Assembly: GCA_040751795.1 (NCBI GenBank)
Contig: JBFMHR010000004.1
Location: 1 to 64,000, forward strand
DNA from: Thermoplasmatota archaeon
GTDB lineage: Archaea; Thermoplasmatota; Thermoplasmata; UBA10834
DNA length: 64,000 bases
Direction: 5' to 3'
Position numbers and translations under genes: made by a program. A model generated the notes under the pieces. The model ran no database searches and was not told the origin of the DNA. It worked only from the letters and a program-made list of their open reading frames with translations. The stretch's first letter is position 1, and every line of letters begins with the position of its first letter. Of the stretch, positions 27,196 through 36,016 are shown one piece after another.

Positions 27196-27956
27196 CGCGC
27201 GTCCCTCCGCGAGTACTCGAGGAACGCGTCCTCGAGGTGGGACGTGGAGGTGTCCTCCATGAGCCTCCTGGGCGCCCCCTCAGCGATCATCCTCCCCTGC
27301 CTCATCATGCCGACGAGGTCGCACCTGACGGCCTCGTCCATGTAGTGTGTGGTGATGACGACCGTCCTGCCCCTCGCCTTGAGGTCGGCGAAGTGCCGCC
27401 AGAAGCCGGCCCTGAGCTCGGGGTCGACGCCCACGGTCGGCTCGTCGAGGAAGAGCACCTCCGGGTCGTGGACCATGGTGCACGCCAGGGACACCCTGTG
27501 CCTCATCCCCCCGCTGAGGTGCGACACGAGGCTGTCCCTCCTCCCCTCCAGGTCGACCATGGAGAGCAGCGACGCCTCGCGCCTCGAGTACTCGCCGGGC
27601 TCCATCGAGTACAGCGAGCCGAAGAGCTGGAGGTTCTCCGAGACAGTCAGGTCGGTGTATATGGCCATCTCCTGGGGCATGTAGCCTATGTCCGCGACCC
27701 TATCCGCGACGGGCACCGCCTCTCCGAGGACGCGCGCCGTCCCGCCTGTAGGCCTCAGTCTCCCGACGAGCATCTTGATCGCCGTGGTCTTGCCCGAGCC
27801 GTTGGGGCCGATCATCCCATAGAGGACCCCCTTCGGTATCGACAGGTCGAGGCCTGACACGGCCACGAGCTCCCCGAACACCTTCCTGAGGCCGCTCGTC
27901 TCGACCGCGCGTCCGCCCTCATCCGAGCCCTTCCCGCCATCCTCCGCCTTCTTCAT
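27192..27956 (-). CDS. ABC transporter ATP-binding protein
   Basis: GPNGSGKTT, LSGG, LFLDEPT, TTH. Confidence 0.95.
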   Translation of the reverse strand: MKKAEDGGKGSDEGGRAVETSGLRKVFGELVAVSGLDLSIPKGVLYGMIGPNGSGKTTAIKMLVGRLRPTGGTARVLGEAVPVADRVADIGYMPQEMAIYTDLTVSENLQLFGSLYSMEPGEYSRREASLLSMVDLEGRRDSLVSHLSGGMRHRVSLACTMVHDPEVLFLDEPTVGVDPELRAGFWRHFADLKARGRTVVITTHYMDEAVRCDLVGMMRQGRMIAEGAPRRLMEDTSTSHLEDAFLEYSRRDAR

Positions 27957-28588
27957 GCGCCGTCCCTCCCTTCGATGGGCCTCATCCCGTCCAGGAATAT
28001 CGAGACGAACCCCCTTGCGAACGCACCGTCCCTCCCGGGGTCGTCCTCCGAGCCCTGGATCAGGTATGTGGTGAGGAAGTACGCCTGGACCATCCCGATG
28101 AGCGCCCTCGCCGCCACCTGGGGGTCCATCCTCCTCAGCCTCCCGGCGTCCATCTGCCCCGCGAGCATGGACGCCAGGAAGTCGATGGCCCGCTGCAGGG
28201 GCACCTCCCCGAAGGCCCTCCTCGCCCTCGGCTGCCTCCAGGCGTCGCCGATCATGACCATGAAGATGTGCCTGTTGGCCTTGAGCATCCCCAGGACGGT
28301 CTCCACGTTGCGGAGGACCATCTCGTCGACGGGCGAATCGAGGTCGAACTCGACGGACCCGGTTATGGCCGGGACCAGGGACCTCTCCGTGAACAGCGCG
28401 GCGTACAGGCCCTGCTTGGAGCCGAAAGTCCTGAAGACGGTGACCTCGTTGACCCTCGCCCTCGCCGCAATCTCCTTCGTGGTCGTGGCCGCGAACCCCT
28501 TCGACCCGAACAGCTCGAGCGCCGAGTCGAGGATGCGCTCCCTCGTCGTCCCTCCCGGCGCCCTGCGGGACCGCCCGTCGCGCCCCAT
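27953..28588 (-). CDS. TetR/AcrR family regulator
   Basis: TRERILDSALELF...GF..TTTKEIA..A.VNEVT.FR.F.SK. Confidence 0.95.
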   Translation of the reverse strand: MGRDGRSRRAPGGTTRERILDSALELFGSKGFAATTTKEIAARARVNEVTVFRTFGSKQGLYAALFTERSLVPAITGSVEFDLDSPVDEMVLRNVETVLGMLKANRHIFMVMIGDAWRQPRARRAFGEVPLQRAIDFLASMLAGQMDAGRLRRMDPQVAARALIGMVQAYFLTTYLIQGSEDDPGRDGAFARGFVSIFLDGMRPIEGRDGA

Positions 28589-28590
28589 GG

Positions 28591-28610
28591 ATGCAAGTAA
28601 GTGCTTGCAT
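28591..28610. promoter_or_regulatory. Putative TetR operator (7-6-7 palindrome)
   Basis: ATGCAAG-taagtg-CTTGCAT between the minus-strand TTTATC box and the tetR start. Confidence 0.7.
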
Positions 28611-28712
28611 ACAGATAAACGTTACTGACCTGCGTCCGTCGGCTCGCCGCAGAACGGCCGGGGCGCCGGCGTGCCAGCACCGCGCGGCGCCGCCCCCTCC
28701 CCTTCTGAACGA

Positions 28713-28723
28713 TTATATATATA
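28713..28723 (+). promoter_or_regulatory. TATA box of the GTPase operon (probably leaderless transcript)
   Basis: TTATATATATA ending 26 nt before ATG 28750. Confidence 0.6.
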
Positions 28724-28749
28724 CGGAATCATGTAGAAGTTCGTTCTCG

Positions 28750-29262
28750 ATGCCCTCCAGGAACTACATACTCAAGGTCTGCCTCCTCGGCGACGGCGCC
28801 GTCGGCAAGACCAGCCTCGTACACAGGTACGTCTACGACGCCTTCGACGACAAGTACATCATGTCCTTCGGGACCAAGGTGTCCAAGAAGACGGTGGAGC
28901 TGCCCGAGGCGAAGGTGGACCTGATGATATGGGACATCCTCGGGCAGAAGACCCACGAGGCCCTCCACGGGGCGTACTACAGGGGGGCGGTGGGCGCCCT
29001 GGCGGTGTGCGACCTGACGAGGAGGCCGACCATGGAGTCGCTCGCCTCATGGGTCTCCGGCTTCAGGGGGGTGGCCGGCGAGGTCCCGGTCTTCATCCTC
29101 GCGAACAAGAGCGACCTCCCGAAGTCGTACAGCCTCGAGGAGGTTCGCGTCTTCGCCTCGACGGTTGGGTGCGACGTCCTCGAGACCAGCGCCAAGACCG
29201 GCGCCAACGTGGAGGCCGCCTTCTCCGGCCTGACCTCGAAGATGCTGGAGGCGTCCAGGTGA
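28750..29262 (+). CDS. Rab-like small GTPase (Ras superfamily)
   Basis: G1 GDGAVGKTS, G3 WDILGQ, YYRGA, G4 NKSD, G5 ETSAK; 170 aa; no prenylation tail. Confidence 0.95.
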   Translation: MPSRNYILKVCLLGDGAVGKTSLVHRYVYDAFDDKYIMSFGTKVSKKTVELPEAKVDLMIWDILGQKTHEALHGAYYRGAVGALAVCDLTRRPTMESLASWVSGFRGVAGEVPVFILANKSDLPKSYSLEEVRVFASTVGCDVLETSAKTGANVEAAFSGLTSKMLEASR

Positions 29263-30191
29263 GGCAGATCCCGTTCTTCGTCATGCCGGGCATCGCCCTC
29301 TCCCACCTCAGGGAGGAGCTCGAGATAGTCGAGGGGGAGCACAGGGCGAAGCTCATGCTCTACAGGTACGGACAGAGGTGCGGGCGCGCACTGGTCCAGT
29401 CGTACGGCCTCTCCTGCGGCTCCGTGGCCGAGGTGAGGGCCGTCATCGAGCCGATCTGGATGGAGGCCGGGCTGAGCAGGATGTCGGTCGAGTCCGCGGA
29501 GGAGGCGGACATGGTCGTCAACCTGCAGGAGTCCGTAGAGGCCAAGGAGGGCAAGACCTGCGACTTCGCCAGGGGCTACCTCTCTGGCATCGTCTCGGAG
29601 CTCACGGGCAAGAGGTTCGAGGTCGACGAGGTCGAGTGCGCCAGCGAGGGCTACCTCGCGTGCGTCCTGCAGGCCTACGAGGTCGTCGACGCGCTCAAAC
29701 CCCTCAACAAGGAGGAGGTGGAGACGGCGAGGAAGTACAGCCTCGACCCCGGCTACTCCTACCTCATCAAGGAGGAGATCCCCGACCAGGCCTTCGACAT
29801 ATTCGTGGACGGGGCGAGGCACGGGGTCCCGAGCCTCTGCGTCACGAGAGAGTACCCGGAGAAGGTGAAGGAGAGGTACTCCCTGAAGGGGATTCCCTTC
29901 CTTTGGCTCTCCATGGACCAGGAGAAGACCTACTCCAGGGAGCCGTCGAACCTCGCGCTCCTCTACTCCGACATGAAGACGTTCATCACCGAGAACACCG
30001 GCTGCGTCGTGATCCTGTCCGGCGTCGAGTACCTGATATCCCAGAACGGGTTCCAGAAGGTCCTGAAGCTGCTGCAGCACCTCAACGACAAGGTCGCCGT
30101 GACCGACTCGACCCTGCTGGTGCCCATAAGCCCGTTGACGGTGTCCGAGCCGGAGCTCAAGATGCTCGAGAAGGAGATGCGCTCGTTCTGA
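29259..30191 (+). CDS. V4R domain fused to DUF835 (degenerate RecA/KaiC-like) domain
   Basis: N-terminal YRYG...G...SVE...CDFARGYL.G...EVECASEG...C; C-terminal GYSYLI.E, LCVTR.YP, WLS, GVEYLI..NGF..V.K.L..LND; GTGA overlap with the GTPase stop. Confidence 0.85.
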   Translation: MRQIPFFVMPGIALSHLREELEIVEGEHRAKLMLYRYGQRCGRALVQSYGLSCGSVAEVRAVIEPIWMEAGLSRMSVESAEEADMVVNLQESVEAKEGKTCDFARGYLSGIVSELTGKRFEVDEVECASEGYLACVLQAYEVVDALKPLNKEEVETARKYSLDPGYSYLIKEEIPDQAFDIFVDGARHGVPSLCVTREYPEKVKERYSLKGIPFLWLSMDQEKTYSREPSNLALLYSDMKTFITENTGCVVILSGVEYLISQNGFQKVLKLLQHLNDKVAVTDSTLLVPISPLTVSEPELKMLEKEMRSF

Positions 30192-30210
30192 TGGGGGTCG
30201 TGGGGCCGCG

Positions 30211-30663
30211 ATGAAGTACGCTGTCATCATCTGTCCGAAGTGCGGCAAGGCGAAGGGCGTCGAGGCGGAGAGGAAGACCGCCACGTGCCCCTGCGGCAGG
30301 GAGGTGTCCCTCCTGCGGACCAAGTTCCTCTACGAGACGAACAGCCCATCCGAGCTCGCCCGCGCAGTGGCCGAGGCGAACGAGCAGCTCGGGGAGGGCG
30401 AGAAGCCCAGGTCCCGGAAGAGGCGCGCCCCGAAGGACCCGTACGCCGGCGTGGCCGAGCGCGCCCGCGCGATCAAGGACCCGCTCGAGCGCATGCGCGT
30501 GGTCGCGGAGGAGCTCACCGCGATGCACGGCTCCTTCGGCTACGACGACGTGAAGAGGGTCGCCGCGCTGGTGGGCAGGGAGTCGCCCGAGGACATGATA
30601 TCGAAGCTGCAGGAGCACGGCCTCATATACGAGACGTCGGAGGGGACCTACAGGACGGTCTGA
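30211..30663 (+). CDS. Zinc-ribbon plus C-terminal wHTH-like protein (DUF1922/DUF5817-like)
   Basis: YAVIICPKC...TCPCG; ends L...GLIYE...GTYR. Confidence 0.7.
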   Translation: MKYAVIICPKCGKAKGVEAERKTATCPCGREVSLLRTKFLYETNSPSELARAVAEANEQLGEGEKPRSRKRRAPKDPYAGVAERARAIKDPLERMRVVAEELTAMHGSFGYDDVKRVAALVGRESPEDMISKLQEHGLIYETSEGTYRTV

Positions 30664-30666
30664 GCC

Positions 30667-31398
30667 TCACTTCCTGACCTTCCTCGCCTTCTTGACGTAC
30701 CCCTTCAGCGAGTCCTGTATCAGGACGGGCAGCGAGAGCCTGTAGACCTTGGCGTAGGCGTACACGACCACCGCGGAGGCGACGCCCAGGCCGAGGAGGT
30801 TCAGGGGCGGCTCCACCACCTCGTACATGAAGAAGGGCACCATGAACAGGTTGTAGGCGATGTGGACGAGCATGGCCTCCGCGAGGTACGGCTTGACCTC
30901 GCCCCGCGCCACGCCGATCCCGATGAACGCCGTGGTGGCGCCGTGGAGGAGCACGAGCTGCAGGCCCAGGAGGGAGAAGCCGATCATGTCCACGGCCGCG
31001 ACCGTCTCCAGCGACAGGGCGCTGACGTAGATGGTCGCGAAGGTGTATGTCGAGGAGATGCCCAGCCCCATCGAGACGCCGTAGAATGCGGTGTCGACCT
31101 TCCTCTGGAAGCGGGGGAAGTTGAGGATCACGAGCTTCATGAGGCACTCCATCGCGGCGAAGCCGAGGATCAGCAGTATTAGAGTCTCGGACGACGAGGC
31201 GGTCTGGCCCCACGCCTCGAAGGCGAAGAGGACCATGCCCAGCACTATCCCGAGGGCGAAGAACGCGAAGAGCTTCTTGTCGTCGAAGAAGGGCTTCTCC
31301 ACGGCCGGGTAGGTGTACTTCCTCAGCGTGAGGAAGAGCAGCGCGAGCGCGGGGGCGAAGCCCGCGATTGCGCTCACGACGGTCAACAGGTCCGCCAT
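30667..31398 (-). CDS. Multi-pass membrane protein, degenerate PrsW-like family
   Basis: About 7 TM segments; ECLMK, YG...GLG, LHG and HIAYN resemble PrsW motifs. Confidence 0.6.
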   Translation of the reverse strand: MADLLTVVSAIAGFAPALALLFLTLRKYTYPAVEKPFFDDKKLFAFFALGIVLGMVLFAFEAWGQTASSSETLILLILGFAAMECLMKLVILNFPRFQRKVDTAFYGVSMGLGISSTYTFATIYVSALSLETVAAVDMIGFSLLGLQLVLLHGATTAFIGIGVARGEVKPYLAEAMLVHIAYNLFMVPFFMYEVVEPPLNLLGLGVASAVVVYAYAKVYRLSLPVLIQDSLKGYVKKARKVRK

Positions 31399-31472
31399 CA
31401 GAGCCTCCTGTAGCCCTCGGACGTTGATAACTTTATAGTATGCCGCGGTCGTCCCGTGGCCGAGGTGTAGAG

Positions 31473-31745
31473 ATGGCGAAGTGTTCGAGATGCGGCGTCG
31501 AGATCGGGGACGCGGCCGCCTGCCAGGCCTGCGGCGCGCCGCCGAGCCAGAGCGTCCTGGACAGGGGCGTCAGGAAGACCGCCCACGTGACCGGCAAGGT
31601 CATCGGGACGGGCGTGGACGTGACGGAGACGGTCGTCAAGGAGACGAAGCCCGTGTTCAAGAAGGCCTTCGACCTCGGCAAGAAGGGCGTCGTCAAGGCC
31701 AAGGACAAGACCAAGGAAGTGGCCAAGGACCTCCAGGAAAAGTGA
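31473..31745 (+). CDS. Small zinc-ribbon protein with amphipathic 11-mer helix
   Basis: CSRC...CQAC followed by a K/T/V/G-rich helix; GAGGTG SD. Confidence 0.75.
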   Translation: MAKCSRCGVEIGDAAACQACGAPPSQSVLDRGVRKTAHVTGKVIGTGVDVTETVVKETKPVFKKAFDLGKKGVVKAKDKTKEVAKDLQEK

Positions 31746-31749
31746 GTGG

Positions 31750-33675
31750 TCATCTCCTTCTGCCGCCGGACCGGGCCTTCTTCGGCGCGCCCAGCCCGTC
31801 GGCCAGCTTGTCGAAGTAGTGGGCCACGACACAGCTCTCAGCGCACGCCCCGCACCTGTCGCAGAGCGCCTCGTCGACGTGGATGCCGTCGTCGACCTCG
31901 ATGGCGCCCTTGGGGCAGGCCCTGACGCATATGCCGCACCTGGTGCACATATTCGCCCTGAGCACCGCCCTGGCGACGTCCTCGAAGAGCTTTACCGCGC
32001 CCTCGGGCCTGGGCGCGACCGCGCTGACCTGGCCGCCGGCGAAGGCCTTGCCCCCGCCGTCGCGGGTCCTCACCAGCACCACCCCGAACTCCTCGTTCGG
32101 GACCACGTCCCCGATGGTCTTGAGCACCTCGGAGGTCTGCGGCAGCGGCCTCGCCTCGGGGAGCGCGATGACCGCGTCCACGGAGTAGCCCCCGGCGGTG
32201 CACGGGCTCACGCCCTTGATCACCCTGAGCGCCAGGGAGTCGGCCCTCTTCGGGGAGACCTTCATCCCGAGCCTGTCGGCGAGCTCCTTCATCTTCGGAG
32301 GCAGCTCCTTCCACCGCCAGAACCCGTAGGACACGAACTCCTTCGGGAGGGAGTTCTCCTCGGCCCACGCGGCCAGCTTGGCCTGCCACGCCCTCGAGAG
32401 CTCAGGGCTGATTCGGGCCATCTCCTCGCTCTCGCTCGCGAGCGAGGAGGGGCACATCCAGCACCCGACCCTCTCGATGTCCTCGTCGTAGAGCGGGTTG
32501 TACGGGAGCTTCGCCGAGATGATGTGGAGCCACACGTCCAGCGCGGTCCAGTCCCTGATCGGGTTGACTATGACCTGTCCAGGGACGAAGGGGTTCTCCT
32601 CGATGAGGCCTATGCCGGCCCTCGAGAAGGACTCGAGCCTCCGGTTGCCCTCGACCGTGAGGGTGCCCTCCGGGAACCTCTCCTCGATGAGCTTCGCCGC
32701 GGGCGCCAGCTTGCAGACCTTGCAGCACCACCTGAAGTCCTTCGCGGGGGGCCCGAAGGCAGGCATGTTCTCGTCGAAGGCGTCCTCGGCCCGGGCGGTC
32801 AGGAGCCGGAGCCCCTGCGACTCCGCGAATGTCTTGACGTACTCCCGGGTGCTGGGGTGCTCCAGCCCCGTGTCGATGAACAGCGTCGCGAAGTCGCCGG
32901 TGACGGATCTGGCGAGGTCCAGGACGACGAGGCTGTCCTTTCCGCCGCTGAAGGAGACCGTGAGGGGCAGCGGGTGCTCCTCCATCGCGTGCCTGATCTC
33001 GTGCTCGGCCTTCGCCCTCTTGGCGGCCACGTAGTGCTGGTTCGCCCGCACCACGGCCTTCGTCCACACCCTCTTGCCGAGGACGAGCGGGTCGGCCCTC
33101 GCGAACTCGCGGACCTTTATCCCCTTGTCCGAGGAGCGCAGCTGCGCCGCGTCCACCTTGGCGGCGCCGCAGCCTATGAACCTGCCCATCCTGAGGACGA
33201 CCTCGTCGCCGGCGCGTATCCCGGGGTCGAACGACTCTACCGTGTCGGGGGCGACGTGCTTCCCCTTCATGTGCCCCTCGGCCCTGCTTAGCACCACTGT
33301 CTTCTTGGAGTCCATGGCGGCGAGCATCCTCGCGCCCTCGAGCCTGAGGGTGAACCTGTAGTCGCGTGCCTCGAGGTCGTACCAGAGCTTCGCGACCCTG
33401 TGCCCGTCTATGATGACCTCCTCCGCCCGGTCCTCCCCGGAGGTCTTGTTGAGGAGGACGACCTCGGGGACCAGCTGCTGGACGCCGAAGTGCCTCAGGA
33501 AGAGGTACCTCAGCCTGCGCTTCGACCCTTCGAGCGCGATCCTTACCTCGCCGGGCGGGAGGAGCTCCACCTGCCTCGTCCCGCCGCCGCACTTGCCGCA
33601 GCTCCTCCCTATGACGGGGACGTTGCAGGCGTCGCACCAGAACAGCTCCGTCTGGACCTCGTGGCCGTGCTGCAT
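31750..33675 (-). CDS. PAPS-reductase-family PP-loop protein with Zn finger, PUA-like and ferredoxin domains
   Basis: WCDACNVP...CGKCG; SFSGGKDS; RWCCKVCK; RVGCWMCP; CTRCGICVRACP...CDRCGAC. Confidence 0.85.
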   Translation of the reverse strand: MQHGHEVQTELFWCDACNVPVIGRSCGKCGGGTRQVELLPPGEVRIALEGSKRRLRYLFLRHFGVQQLVPEVVLLNKTSGEDRAEEVIIDGHRVAKLWYDLEARDYRFTLRLEGARMLAAMDSKKTVVLSRAEGHMKGKHVAPDTVESFDPGIRAGDEVVLRMGRFIGCGAAKVDAAQLRSSDKGIKVREFARADPLVLGKRVWTKAVVRANQHYVAAKRAKAEHEIRHAMEEHPLPLTVSFSGGKDSLVVLDLARSVTGDFATLFIDTGLEHPSTREYVKTFAESQGLRLLTARAEDAFDENMPAFGPPAKDFRWCCKVCKLAPAAKLIEERFPEGTLTVEGNRRLESFSRAGIGLIEENPFVPGQVIVNPIRDWTALDVWLHIISAKLPYNPLYDEDIERVGCWMCPSSLASESEEMARISPELSRAWQAKLAAWAEENSLPKEFVSYGFWRWKELPPKMKELADRLGMKVSPKRADSLALRVIKGVSPCTAGGYSVDAVIALPEARPLPQTSEVLKTIGDVVPNEEFGVVLVRTRDGGGKAFAGGQVSAVAPRPEGAVKLFEDVARAVLRANMCTRCGICVRACPKGAIEVDDGIHVDEALCDRCGACAESCVVAHYFDKLADGLGAPKKARSGGRRR

Positions 33676-33767
33676 GACGGGCCGTGCTATGACGGAGGCC
33701 TGTAATTAAGCTGTGCGCCCGCGCGCGGGCGGAACGTATAACTATCGCTTAGCGGCCATCGGGTTGC

Positions 33768-34442
33768 ATGTCCTGGGGCAGTGACCCGGAGCGCGAGGTC
33801 GTCGGGCCGAGCTACACCTACAGCTATTCGGTGTCGCCCTACGGTCCGGCCGCCCCGAGGAGGCAGGGCTTCTTCGGGAGGACCGAGGTCATCCACATAG
33901 CCATCGCCGTCGCCGTCCTCACCGCGGCCTTCACCTTGATCATGTGGGACGGCTCCTCGGACACCCTGCTCTGGTCACTTGCCGTCGCCGCCCCGACGGT
34001 CGTCCTGGGCTTCTTCCTGCACGAGATGGCCCACAAGTACATGGCGAGGAGGTACGGGTGCTGGGCCGAGTTCAGGGCCTACAACATGGGGCTCTTCCTG
34101 GCGCTGGCCATGTCGTTCTTCGGCTTCCTATTCGCGGCGCCTGGGGCCGTGTACATCGCGGGGAGCATAACCAGGGAGCAGAACGGGAGGATCAGCCTCG
34201 CGGGGCCCGCGACCAACCTCGTCATCGCCATGGCCTGCCTGCCCTTCGCCTTCAGCGACGCCCTCCCCTCGGCGGCGGAGGACATGGCCTTCAGCCTGTT
34301 GTTCTTCAACTCGTTCCTGGCCGTGTTCAACCTGGTGCCGGTGGCCCCGCTGGACGGTTCGAAGGTGTGGGCGTGGAACAAGCCGGTCTACGTGGCATCC
34401 ATGGCCATGGCCGTCTCACTGCTCGTCCTTGCATGGCTCTGA
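33768..34442 (+). CDS. Site-2 protease (peptidase M50)
   Basis: HEMAH, AGP.TN, FNLVPVAPLDGSK. Confidence 0.92.
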   Translation: MSWGSDPEREVVGPSYTYSYSVSPYGPAAPRRQGFFGRTEVIHIAIAVAVLTAAFTLIMWDGSSDTLLWSLAVAAPTVVLGFFLHEMAHKYMARRYGCWAEFRAYNMGLFLALAMSFFGFLFAAPGAVYIAGSITREQNGRISLAGPATNLVIAMACLPFAFSDALPSAAEDMAFSLLFFNSFLAVFNLVPVAPLDGSKVWAWNKPVYVASMAMAVSLLVLAWL

Positions 34443-35894
34443 GCCGGGGCACGCGGGGGCGCACTTCTCGTCCAGGAACGCGGGGTACCTCAGCTCGTAG
34501 ATGATGCTGCCCTCCCAGTCGAAGATCTTCCCGGGGTTCATGATGTTCTTCGGGTCGAGCGCCTTCTTGATCGCCTTCATGGCGCCTATCGAGTCGGCGC
34601 GCTCCTTCTTCATGTACGGGGCCTTGGTGATCGACACGCCGTGCTCGCCCGTGACGGTCCCGCCGAGCTCCAGGACCTTGTCGTAGATCTCGCCGACCGC
34701 CTGCTCCCCGGCCTTCCAGCTCTCCTTGGAGTAGGGCTCCACGAGCATCTTGGTGTGCAGGTTGCCGTCGGCCGAGTGGCCGTAGGTTCCCACGATGACG
34801 CCGTGCTTCTTGGCGATGCCCTGGAAGGCGACGACCGCCTCGGGGATCTTGGATATGGGGACGGACATGTCGTCCGCGAGCGCGACGGACACGAACTTCT
34901 CGCCGTACCTGCTCAGCGAGGGCATGATGGCCTTCCTCGCGAAGGTCCACTCGTCTATCCTCTTCTTGTCCCTTGACTTCTCGGTCGAGACGGCGCCGCT
35001 CTGCCGGCAGATCTCCTCGACCGTGGCCATCTCCTCCTCCACCGCGAGCGGGTGCCCGTCCACCTCGATCATGCAGAGGGCCTCGCAGTCGGGCAGGCCG
35101 ATGCCCATGCACTTGTTGACGGCCTTGATGCAGACGGAGTCCATGAGCTCTATCGCCGAGGGCAGGAGCGGCTTCGCGATGATGTTGGAGACGCACTGCC
35201 CGGCGTCCTTCAGCGAGTCGAACGCGGCGACCGTCATGCCCGACGCCTTCGGCTTCACGGTGTACCTCATGGTGATCTCGGTGATGACCCCGAGGGTGCC
35301 CTCGCTGCCGACCATGAGCCGGTCGAGCTGGTACCCCGAGGAGTTCTTGAGCGTCCGGGTCCCGGTGTGGATGATCTCGCCGGTGGGCAGGACGACCTCT
35401 AGGCCCAGCACGTAGTCCCTGGTGGCGCCGTACTTGATGGCCCTCATCCCGGAGGCGTTCGTGGCGACCATGCCGCCAATGGTGCAGGCCTCGCCGCTGC
35501 CCGGGGTGGCGGGGAACCAGAATCCCCTCTTGCCCAGCTCCGCGTTGAGCTTGTCGTATATGACGCCCGGCTCCACGACGCAGTACAGGTCCTCGACGCT
35601 GATCTTCCTGATCCTGTTCATGTGGGTCATGTCGAGTATGATGCCGCCCTTGACGGGGACGGTGTGGCCGCACATCGCCGTTCCCGCGCCCCTCGGTATG
35701 ATGGGGGTCTTGGTCCGGTTGGCGAGCTTGACTATCTCGGAGACCTCCAGTGCGCTCGCGGGCTTGACGACTGCGTCGGGGGTCACGTGGTGTATGGAGG
35801 CGTCGAAGCCGTAGACGTAGAGGTCCGCCGCCTTGGTGGACATGCGCTCCTTCCCCACGATCTTCTCCAGCTCCTCTACGACCATCCGCCTCAT
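34416..35894 (-). CDS. FAD-linked oxidoreductase, GlcD/D-lactate dehydrogenase family
   Basis: PRGAGT, CTIGG, KYG.TRDYV, GSEGTLG, GH..DGNLH, GEHG, NPGK. Confidence 0.92.
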   Translation of the reverse strand: MRRMVVEELEKIVGKERMSTKAADLYVYGFDASIHHVTPDAVVKPASALEVSEIVKLANRTKTPIIPRGAGTAMCGHTVPVKGGIILDMTHMNRIRKISVEDLYCVVEPGVIYDKLNAELGKRGFWFPATPGSGEACTIGGMVATNASGMRAIKYGATRDYVLGLEVVLPTGEIIHTGTRTLKNSSGYQLDRLMVGSEGTLGVITEITMRYTVKPKASGMTVAAFDSLKDAGQCVSNIIAKPLLPSAIELMDSVCIKAVNKCMGIGLPDCEALCMIEVDGHPLAVEEEMATVEEICRQSGAVSTEKSRDKKRIDEWTFARKAIMPSLSRYGEKFVSVALADDMSVPISKIPEAVVAFQGIAKKHGVIVGTYGHSADGNLHTKMLVEPYSKESWKAGEQAVGEIYDKVLELGGTVTGEHGVSITKAPYMKKERADSIGAMKAIKKALDPKNIMNPGKIFDWEGSIIYELRYPAFLDEKCAPACPGSEPCKDEQ

Positions 35895-36016
35895 GTGGAC
35901 CGGATGGTCAAGCGTCCCGCCCGGATAAAATCATTGTCACAGACCAGGGCGGTGCCCTCCTCGGGCGCGGGTCAGGAAACGATAAGTACGTCTTGACGGA
36001 TGCTTCGCCCGGTACA

